64,000 bases of DNA from Bacteroidota bacterium (lineage in GTDB: Bacteria; Bacteroidota; Bacteroidia; Sphingobacteriales; Sphingobacteriaceae). A program made the translations under genes and the position numbers. The stretch covers positions 551,994-615,993 of the forward strand of contig JAZJYI010000008.1 in the NCBI GenBank assembly GCA_040390445.1. Reading direction: 5' to 3'. Below the pieces are notes generated by a model that searched no databases, had not been told where the DNA came from, and saw only the letters and a program-made list of their open reading frames with translations. Positions 10,326-17,430 of the stretch are shown in pieces (positions within the stretch are counted from its first letter, which is position 1; every line of letters starts with the position of its first letter).

Positions 10326-10424
10326 TGACCATAGAAATTCAAATATTCCACCTACCTGATTTCTTCGCGCTTCTGAATCTGATAAGTATTTACAGGCAAT
10401 TTGTAAATAATTAAAAGTACCAAC

Positions 10425-11561
10425 ATGAGCATTTATCTGGACAACGCTGCAACAACACAATTAGACAGGGAAGTATTTGATGCAATGACCCCATATTTAT
10501 TACAGAATTTTGGCAACCCGTCATCACATCATGTACATGGCAGGGTGGTGAAAAATGCTATTGAAAAAGCAAGGGAAACCATAGCCGGCCTGTTGAACGC
10601 ATCACCCGATGAAATTGTATTTACCAGCGGTGGCACTGAGGCCGATAATACAGCCATCCTGTCGAGCGTTCGTTCACATCAAATAAAACATGTTATTACC
10701 ACACCGTTTGAGCACCACGCTGTTTTACACACTCTTGAGGTTTTAAGAAATAACGACGAAATAAAACTAAGCTTTATTAATACCGATAGTAGGGGTAACT
10801 TGGATATAAATCACCTGGATGCCCTGTTGAAAAATAACGAACGCTCGCTGGTATCGGTAATGCATGCCAATAATGAAATTGGTAACCTTAACAATATTGA
10901 ACTGATTGGCGAGGTCTGTAAAAGCAGGGGCGCACTTTTTCACTCAGACACCGTACAGACCATGGGCCATTACCGGCACGATATGTCAAAACTAAAAACA
11001 CATTTTATAGCCGCATCGGCACATAAATTTCATGGGCCAAAAGGGGTGGGGTTTATATACTGCCGCAATGGTGTACAGCTATCACAATTATTGCACGGCG
11101 GTTCGCAGGAACGTAAACAAAGGGCAGGTACTGAAAATATCCATGGCATTATTGGCCTGGCAAAAGCTTTAGAGATAGCCTACCGCGATATTGACGGGCA
11201 CCAGGCATACATACAAAAATTAAAAAACAGGATGATTGCTAAATTGCAGGAACAAATAGGCGATGTACAGTTTAACGGTAACTCGGCCATTGCCGATAAA
11301 AGCCTGTATACTGTACTAAGTGCAAGCCTGCCGGTTAATCATGCGTCCGGAGATTTGCTTACCTATCTCGATCAGAATGATATTTCGGTATCGGGTGGCA
11401 GCGCATGTTCAACAGGCTCGGCATCACATGTATTACAGGCTATCGGTGCTGATACATTTAGAAATACGATCAGATTCTCGTTCAGTAAATTCAATACTGC
11501 CGAAGAAATTGATTATACCGTAGAAAAGCTATCAGCCTTATACAAGGCTATAGCAGCATAA
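10425..11561 (+). CDS. iscS: Cysteine desulfurase, IscS/NifS-like PLP enzyme
   Basis: Motifs IYLDNAATT, FGNPSS, FTSGGTEADN, SAHKFHGPKG and the catalytic SGGSACS. No isc or suf scaffold genes are adjacent, so the symbol denotes the family only. Confidence 0.85.
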   Translation: MSIYLDNAATTQLDREVFDAMTPYLLQNFGNPSSHHVHGRVVKNAIEKARETIAGLLNASPDEIVFTSGGTEADNTAILSSVRSHQIKHVITTPFEHHAVLHTLEVLRNNDEIKLSFINTDSRGNLDINHLDALLKNNERSLVSVMHANNEIGNLNNIELIGEVCKSRGALFHSDTVQTMGHYRHDMSKLKTHFIAASAHKFHGPKGVGFIYCRNGVQLSQLLHGGSQERKQRAGTENIHGIIGLAKALEIAYRDIDGHQAYIQKLKNRMIAKLQEQIGDVQFNGNSAIADKSLYTVLSASLPVNHASGDLLTYLDQNDISVSGGSACSTGSASHVLQAIGADTFRNTIRFSFSKFNTAEEIDYTVEKLSALYKAIAA

Positions 11562-11570
11562 TATTAAAAT

Positions 11571-12017
11571 ATGAGAAAATTTATAATAAGTGCGGGCATT
11601 ATATTATCGGGTTTTTACGCTAACGCGCAAATCCTTACCCCGGTTAAGTGGGCCTACGCAAGTAAACGGCTCAATAAAAATGAGGCTGTTATTTTGGTAA
11701 AAGCAACTATTGAAAAAGGCTGGCACATTTATTCGCAAAATGTAGCCGATGGCGGGCCGGTTAAAACGGCTTTGGTTTTTACCAAATCTGACGAGTATAA
11801 TTTGGTTAACAAGCCTACTGAACCTCAACCGTTAAAAAAATATGAAAAGGCTTTTGATATGGATGTAACCTACTTTGAAAATACGGTTGTGTTTCAGCAA
11901 AAAGTAAAGCTTGTAAAAGATCAGCCGATTATTAACGGAACCGTATCATACATGGCTTGTAGCAACAAAGAGTGCCTGCCGCCAGAGGATGTTACTTTTA
12001 GCGTAAGCGTAAAATAG
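11571..12017 (+). CDS. Stand-alone DsbD N-terminal (alpha) domain protein, exported
   Basis: Signal peptide (ANA-Q), GWHIYS and C-terminal YMACSNKECLPP. Confidence 0.8.
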   Translation: MRKFIISAGIILSGFYANAQILTPVKWAYASKRLNKNEAVILVKATIEKGWHIYSQNVADGGPVKTALVFTKSDEYNLVNKPTEPQPLKKYEKAFDMDVTYFENTVVFQQKVKLVKDQPIINGTVSYMACSNKECLPPEDVTFSVSVK

Positions 12018-12126
12018 ATAAACATTAACAATAATATATAGCATATACACCTACTATCTCACTATTAGATATTAAGTCAATCCTCCACCAATTGATTTTA
12101 TTATTTATAACAGAATAATAAATAAA

Positions 12127-12222
12127 ATGAAAACTGACCCATCTAAAACCTTTATTACCATCCACCATCATTTAGCAGCCTGTTCGGGTACTGCTGTGCA
12201 AAGCTGTTGTTGCCATTTTTAG
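12127..12222 (+). CDS. Candidate Cys/His-rich micropeptide, 31 aa (MKTDPSKTFITIHHHLAACSGTAVQSCCCHF)
   Basis: Translated by hand. It has an A-rich upstream context (AATAATAAATAAA-ATG) and ends in CCC like the second micropeptide. Confidence 0.5.
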   Translation: MKTDPSKTFITIHHHLAACSGTAVQSCCCHF

Positions 12223-12266
12223 GTACACACAACGGGAAAACTAATTAAACTTTATTTAAAAGATTA

Positions 12267-12353
12267 ACATCCTGGCGCTGTATATAGCAACGAGGCTTTA
12301 TGCAATGGTGGAACTTCATTTTGCTGAATTGCTATTGCAGTATGCCGGGATGT
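12267..12353 (+). other. Long imperfect RNA hairpin of unknown role
   Basis: ACATCCTGGC pairs with GCCGGGATGT and TAGCAA pairs with TTGCTA, enclosing an inner GCAATG/CATTTTGC stem. Confidence 0.45.
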
Positions 12354-12415
12354 AAATCAAAAACAATATGCCAATACAAAAAATGTATTATTACGATAAA
12401 TATTTTTAATAAATA

Positions 12416-12433
12416 CTACTAAATCTATAGATA
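12416..12433. promoter_or_regulatory. Putative operator, copy 2 (upstream of the second SAM-I-like RNA)
   Basis: CTACTAAATCTATAGATA is 15/18 identical to the reverse complement of 10153-10170. Confidence 0.45.
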
Positions 12434-12500
12434 TAGTTTGCTTTATTGATATTTATTGTTACCTTTACTGCATCTAATTAACCCCACCATTAATTAGTTG

Positions 12501-12610
12501 ATTTATTAAGAAAAAGGGAGAGGAAGCCTCGATGATCTTTTAGCAACTTTTCAGATATCTGGAATAAGTGCTCTACTTTATCTGATGGAATAATCCAACG
12601 GATAATAAAT
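12501..12610 (+). ncRNA. Divergent SAM-I-like riboswitch
   Basis: The elements occur in the same order as in 10214-10325: TTATT-AAGA, P2 AAAAG/CTTTT with GAGG-aag-CCTC-GATGA, AGCAAC, P3 TTCAGA/TCTGGA, GTGCT, P4 TGGA/TCCA, GATAA. Confidence 0.6.
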
Positions 12611-12622
12611 TAACTAAGTGTT

Positions 12623-12700
12623 ATGAAAAATTTGAAGTATCCAAAAGTAAACAAACAAACAACCGCTACTCCACCGCGATGTTGTTGTATGTGCATGTAG
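12623..12700 (+). CDS. Candidate sulfur-sensing leader peptide, 25 aa (MKNLKYPKVNKQTTATPPRCCCMCM)
   Basis: The last six codons are TGT TGT TGT ATG TGC ATG, then TAG. It starts 12 nt after the SAM-I-like RNA and ends 160 nt before the first operon gene. Confidence 0.65.
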   Translation: MKNLKYPKVNKQTTATPPRCCCMCM

Positions 12701-12860
12701 TTTCCCGTATTACCCCAGGTAAGTTTTAATTACACGGATTAGGTATCAATGGCTTTGCCCGTTGCTGCTTATAGAACTGTTATGCCTCAAATTTTGTCTG
12801 CACTTCCTTAATCTTCATTAAGCAAGTAAAAAAATCATTAACAACATTAAAATTCAAACT

Positions 12861-14177
12861 ATGAACTTCAAAAATTATCTATCAAAAGCAAAATACCTTA
12901 CACTGGGTGTTTTATTAAGTGGTGCAGCGGTAGCGGGGGATAAAGTGCCGGCAGCAAAATTTATTAAAGAGGGCGTATGGCGTGGCGTATTTACGGTGAG
13001 CGAATCGCAGGTGCCGTTTAACTTCGAGCTGAAAGGGAAAGACCCGCAGCATGCCATATTTACATTGATAAACGGAACCCGCCGTGATAACTTTCATGTT
13101 GAGCGCCGCGGTAATGATTCAGTATACATTAAAATGAATACCTACGATGCCGCATTGGTCGCTAAAATAAACGATGATAATACCATTAGCGGTGAATACC
13201 GCAGTCTGGTACCCGGTTTTAGGGGGAATGCCCTGCCATTTACGGCCGAATATGGTAAAAATTATCGCTTTGTAGAGCCAGGTAAAGACGTAGCCCCGGC
13301 TGCCGACTTATCCGGTAAATGGGAAATCAAAACCTATAGTAAAGAAGCCGTCCCTGCATCTATCGCCATATTAAAACAAAAAGGAAATAAGCTAACAGGC
13401 GTGGTGATGACTGTTGTTGGCGACACCCGCGAACTGGAAGGCACTGTACAAGGCGACGAATTTGCGCTGAGTGGTTTTACCGGCCCAAGTCCGTTTATTA
13501 TAAAAGGTAAAATAAATGCTGATGGCACTATTAGCGGCGAAGAAGGTTTCGGCATCTACAAAAACCTGAAGTTTGATGCCACTAAGAACGCAGCTGTTGA
13601 GTTGCCCGATCCATATAAACTAACCTTCCTAAAAGAGGGCTACAAAAAACTTGATTTTTCTTTCCCTGGCATTGACGGCAAACAGGTATCGTTAAGCGAC
13701 GAAAAATACAAAGGCAAGGTTGTTATTATTGAGATAATTGGTACATGGTGCCCAAATTGCACCGATCAAACCGTATTCCTGTCGCCATGGTTTAATAAAA
13801 ACCGCCAGCGTGGGGTAGAAGCCATAGCTATTGGTTTTGAGCAAAAAGACAGCCTGGAGTACGCCAAATACACATTAGGAAAGCTGAAAGAAAAATATAA
13901 CATTAACTATGATATTGCCTTTGGCGGCCTGGCCGATAAAAAGCTGGTATCGCAAAAGCTGCCCGCGCTAAATAAGTTTATCGCTTTCCCAACTACTATT
14001 ATTATTGATAGAAAAGGCGATGTGCGAGAGATTTACACCGGCTATACAGGTACCGTAACCGGCAAATATCACGAGGATTACGAAAAGAAATTCAACAAAG
14101 TATTGGACGAGTTGATTGCCGAGCCAGCACCAGAAACGGCACAGGTTGTTGATAAAAACGCGAGTCAGGGTAAATAA
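12861..14177 (+). CDS. TlpA-family thioredoxin-like disulfide reductase with a large N-terminal beta domain (copy 1)
   Basis: Sec signal; C-terminal redoxin domain with GTWCPNC and FPTTIIIDRKG. Confidence 0.88.
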   Translation: MNFKNYLSKAKYLTLGVLLSGAAVAGDKVPAAKFIKEGVWRGVFTVSESQVPFNFELKGKDPQHAIFTLINGTRRDNFHVERRGNDSVYIKMNTYDAALVAKINDDNTISGEYRSLVPGFRGNALPFTAEYGKNYRFVEPGKDVAPAADLSGKWEIKTYSKEAVPASIAILKQKGNKLTGVVMTVVGDTRELEGTVQGDEFALSGFTGPSPFIIKGKINADGTISGEEGFGIYKNLKFDATKNAAVELPDPYKLTFLKEGYKKLDFSFPGIDGKQVSLSDEKYKGKVVIIEIIGTWCPNCTDQTVFLSPWFNKNRQRGVEAIAIGFEQKDSLEYAKYTLGKLKEKYNINYDIAFGGLADKKLVSQKLPALNKFIAFPTTIIIDRKGDVREIYTGYTGTVTGKYHEDYEKKFNKVLDELIAEPAPETAQVVDKNASQGK

Positions 14178-14199
14178 ACTTTAAACCGAACATAAACAT

Positions 14200-15504
14200 A
14201 TGAAAACTAACAATTTAAAAGGGCTTTTAATAGGCTTGTTATTTAGCGGTGCCGCTTTCGCAGGCGACAAAGAACCGGTAAAATTTATTAAAGAAGGCGT
14301 TTGGCGCGGTGTATTCCGTGTAAGCGAATCACAGGTGCCGTTCAACTTTGAATTTAAAGGCAAGGATGCAGAGCATGCGGTGTTTACGCTGCTAAATGGC
14401 ACCCGCCGGGATAATTTCCATGTACAAAAAATAGGTAAAGATTCGGTGTTCATTAAAATGAATACCTACGATGCAGCCCTTGTTGCCAAAATTGAAGAGG
14501 ATGGCACGCTAAGCGGCGAGTACCGCAGCCTGGTACCGGGTTTTAGAGGCAACTCGTTGCCTTTTACTGCCGAGTATGGCAAAAACTACCGCTTTGTTGA
14601 ACCGGGCAAGGATGTTGCCCCGGCAGCAAACCTAACCGGTAAGTGGGAGTTGAAGGTTTACTCGAAAGAGCAGGTGCCAAACAAAATTGCTGTTCTTAAA
14701 CAAAACGGCAATAAGCTAACCGGTGTAATTATGCAGGTAACCGGCGACAGCCGCGAATTGGAAGGTACAGTACAGGGCGATCAGTTCGAACTATCCGGTT
14801 TCACTGGCCCAAGCCCAAAGATTTATCATGGTAAAATAAATGCAGATGGCACCCTGAGTGGCGAAATTGGCTCCGGTATTTACGATAATACCAAGTTTGA
14901 CGCTGTAAAAGATGAAAAAGCCGAACTGCCTGATCCATATAAGCTAACTTTTTTAAAAGAAGGCTATAAGAAACTGGATTTCACTTTCCCTGACCTGAAC
15001 GGCAAAGCGGTATCATTAAGCGATGATAAATATAAAGGCAAAGTGGTTATTGTAGAGATTATAGGTACCTGGTGCCCTAACTGTACTGATCAAACCGTGT
15101 TTTTGTCGCCATGGTTCAACAAAAACCACCAGCGTGGGGTAGAAGCCATTGCTCTTGGTTTTGAGCAAAAGGATAGCCTTAAATACGCTCAATATACCTT
15201 AGGTAAGTTGCGCGATAAATATGATGTGAAATACGACATCCTTTTTGGCGGCCTGGCCGATAAAAAATTGGTATCGCAAAAACTGCCTGCGCTTAATAAG
15301 TTCGTGGCATTCCCAACTACGATCATCATCGATAGGAAAGGCGAAGTACGCGAGATCTATACCGGCTACACCGGCACGGTAACCGGTAAATATTACAAGG
15401 ATTACGAAAAGAAATTTAATGCCCTGCTTGATAAACTATTGGCAGAAGATGCGCCAACAACCGCCGCCGTAAGCACAGACGATAACGCATCAAAAGGAAG
15501 ATAA
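14200..15504 (+). CDS. TlpA-family thioredoxin-like disulfide reductase (copy 2, tandem paralogue)
   Basis: Colinear with the previous gene and highly similar along its whole length, with the same WCPNC motif. Confidence 0.88.
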   Translation: MKTNNLKGLLIGLLFSGAAFAGDKEPVKFIKEGVWRGVFRVSESQVPFNFEFKGKDAEHAVFTLLNGTRRDNFHVQKIGKDSVFIKMNTYDAALVAKIEEDGTLSGEYRSLVPGFRGNSLPFTAEYGKNYRFVEPGKDVAPAANLTGKWELKVYSKEQVPNKIAVLKQNGNKLTGVIMQVTGDSRELEGTVQGDQFELSGFTGPSPKIYHGKINADGTLSGEIGSGIYDNTKFDAVKDEKAELPDPYKLTFLKEGYKKLDFTFPDLNGKAVSLSDDKYKGKVVIVEIIGTWCPNCTDQTVFLSPWFNKNHQRGVEAIALGFEQKDSLKYAQYTLGKLRDKYDVKYDILFGGLADKKLVSQKLPALNKFVAFPTTIIIDRKGEVREIYTGYTGTVTGKYYKDYEKKFNALLDKLLAEDAPTTAAVSTDDNASKGR

Positions 15505-15534
15505 AAGATTAACCGGACTATATAATTAACTATT

Positions 15535-15564
15535 AACCTGGTGCAGATTTGCCTGCGCCGGGTT
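15535..15564 (+). other. Intercistronic hairpin
   Basis: AACCTGGTGCAG pairs with CTGCGCCGGGTT using G-U pairs; the U-tract is weak. Confidence 0.45.
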
Positions 15565-15594
15565 TAAACAACAAAACTAAGCACAAGAACGATC

Positions 15595-16251
15595 ATGAAA
15601 TTAACAATTGGCCTATCGGTAATAACCATAGCATCTATTGCAGCATTAACTGGCATAGCTCCAAACAAAACAAACCATGTAAAACCCACGGCAATTGCAG
15701 TAAATCCTATCAGGTTTGCAAAACCGGTTGTTTTTAAAGTAGATAACCAAACCAGCAAACTTACCTGGCTGGCTAAAAAAGCCACCGGCGAACACTCTGG
15801 CACCGTAGAAGTAAGCGATGGTAGCTTTACCCTTGATAATAACACACTAAAAGCAGGTAGCTTTGATATTGATACCCGTAGTATTACAGACACGGATATT
15901 ACCGACGAAGGTGCAAACGGTAAACTGGTTACTCACCTAAAAAGCGACGACTTTTTCAGTGTAGAAAAGCACCCTAAAGCAAACTTTGTGCTTACATCTG
16001 CCACAAAAGCAGCGGGTAATATTTATAATGTTAAAGGTAACCTAACCATAAAAGGCATCACTAACGAGGTAACTTTTCCGGCTACGGTTGCGGTAAACGG
16101 TAAAAAGCTAACTGCCAACGCTAAGATCACCATAGATCGTACCAAGTACGATATCAAATTCCGGTCTAAAAACTTCTTTGAGAATTTGGGCGACAAAGTG
16201 ATCTATGACGATTTTGATATTAATGTGGCGCTTGTAGCCAACGCCCAATAA
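15595..16251 (+). CDS. YceI family exported lipophile-binding protein
   Basis: Signal peptide; motifs LTWLAKKATGEHSG, LVTHLKSDDFFSVEKHP, GNLTIKGIT and IDRTKYDI. Confidence 0.9.
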   Translation: MKLTIGLSVITIASIAALTGIAPNKTNHVKPTAIAVNPIRFAKPVVFKVDNQTSKLTWLAKKATGEHSGTVEVSDGSFTLDNNTLKAGSFDIDTRSITDTDITDEGANGKLVTHLKSDDFFSVEKHPKANFVLTSATKAAGNIYNVKGNLTIKGITNEVTFPATVAVNGKKLTANAKITIDRTKYDIKFRSKNFFENLGDKVIYDDFDINVALVANAQ

Positions 16252-16283
16252 ATAAAGAAACTACATTGATTAGGTTGGAAGAT

Positions 16284-16316
16284 AAAGATCCCTGCTTTGA
16301 GCGGGCAGGGACTTTA
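16284..16316 (+). terminator. Intercistronic hairpin or weak intrinsic terminator
   Basis: TCCCTGC-tttgagcgg-GCAGGGA followed by CTTTATT. Confidence 0.5.
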
Positions 16317-16366
16317 TTGACTAATAAACTCGTAAATAATATACCATAACAGCTGAGCAAATAACC

Positions 16367-17332
16367 ATGAAAAAGAAGAATATCACCTTAACTATAATAA
16401 GTGTTACGCTTTTATTCATTACCACGGTAAGCTTCATGTCGGGGCCCGATGAAGTGCAAACCAGGGAAGAGCTTGGCCGTAAACTATTTTTTGATAACAT
16501 CCTTTCAAAAGACAATACTATTAATTGCTCATCGTGCCATAACCCCGAGTTTGCATTTGCCGATACCTCTGTATTTAGTAAAGGTATTGGTGGTAAGCTA
16601 ACTGCACGTAATTCGCCGGGGCTTACAAATTTATCGGGCCGTACCCACTTTTTTTGGGATGGCCGCGCAGCCTCGTTAGAAGAACAGGCCCTCGGGCCAA
16701 TTACATCGCCCGATGAGATGGGTTTACCCATTGAAGAGGCTATTGAACGACTTAACAAAAACGAATTTTATGCAAACGCTTTTCAAAAAATATTTAAAGC
16801 AGCGCCGAATAAAGATAATTTGTTGAAAGCACTTGCTGCTTTTGAACGGACGCTGGAAACAAGCAACAGCCCTTATGACCGCTATATAAATGGTGATGAT
16901 AATGCATTATCAGCCGCTGCGGTACGTGGCCGCAATATATTTATAGGCAAGGGTAACTGTAACAACTGCCACTCTGGCGAAGATTTTACCGCAGACCGCT
17001 TTAAAAGCATTGGCTTATATAATGGCAAAGACCTGAACGATGCCGGCAGGTTCAAAATAACAAAAGACAGCACCGTACTGGGCGAATTTAAAATACCAGG
17101 TTTGCGTAATGTAGCCGTAACAGCGCCATACATGCACAACGGTAAGTTTAAAACTCTGCGCAACGTGGTGGAGTATTACAACAATCCATCAGCTTTGGTA
17201 AGTGACGGTATAAACCGCGACCTGTCTTTAGATAAACCATTGAACCTTTCATCGCAGGATATAGATGACGTAGTTGAATTCCTGAAAGCCTTAACTGATG
17301 ACAGGTTCGCCAAAAATATAAGCAGAAACTGA
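16367..17332 (+). CDS. Di-heme cytochrome c peroxidase superfamily protein, MauG/MbnH-like
   Basis: Two CxxCH motifs (CSSCH, CNNCH), FFWDGRAASLEEQA and FKIPGLRNVAVTAPYMHNG; signal peptide. Confidence 0.88.
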   Translation: MKKKNITLTIISVTLLFITTVSFMSGPDEVQTREELGRKLFFDNILSKDNTINCSSCHNPEFAFADTSVFSKGIGGKLTARNSPGLTNLSGRTHFFWDGRAASLEEQALGPITSPDEMGLPIEEAIERLNKNEFYANAFQKIFKAAPNKDNLLKALAAFERTLETSNSPYDRYINGDDNALSAAAVRGRNIFIGKGNCNNCHSGEDFTADRFKSIGLYNGKDLNDAGRFKITKDSTVLGEFKIPGLRNVAVTAPYMHNGKFKTLRNVVEYYNNPSALVSDGINRDLSLDKPLNLSSQDIDDVVEFLKALTDDRFAKNISRN

Positions 17333-17430
17333 TACCATAAACTAATCTGAACACTTAAAAGCAAAATGTAATGCGGGCCAAACGGCCTGTACGAAATGCC
17401 CTTTTGCCTAAATTTTAACACAATAAAACA

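Noticed and set aside
10215-10460. Minus-strand ORF beginning MCCCS
   Set aside because: It is antisense to the riboswitch and the iscS start; the Cys codons are the reverse complement of the conserved DNAATT motif.
12300-12422. Third Cys-rich short ORF (MQWWNFILLNCYCSMPGCKSKTICQYKKC..., 40 aa)
   Set aside because: Poor start context, Cys residues scattered rather than clustered at the end, and it overlaps both the long hairpin and the putative operator. It cannot be fully excluded without Ribo-seq.
12127-17332. Methanobactin-like or other RiPP cluster (Cys-rich peptides, di-heme enzyme, TonB receptor)
   Set aside because: There is no MNIO/DUF692, radical SAM, YcaO, protease or exporter gene and no MbnP-like WxW protein. 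The peptides have no export signal while the enzymes are periplasmic, so a regulatory role fits better.
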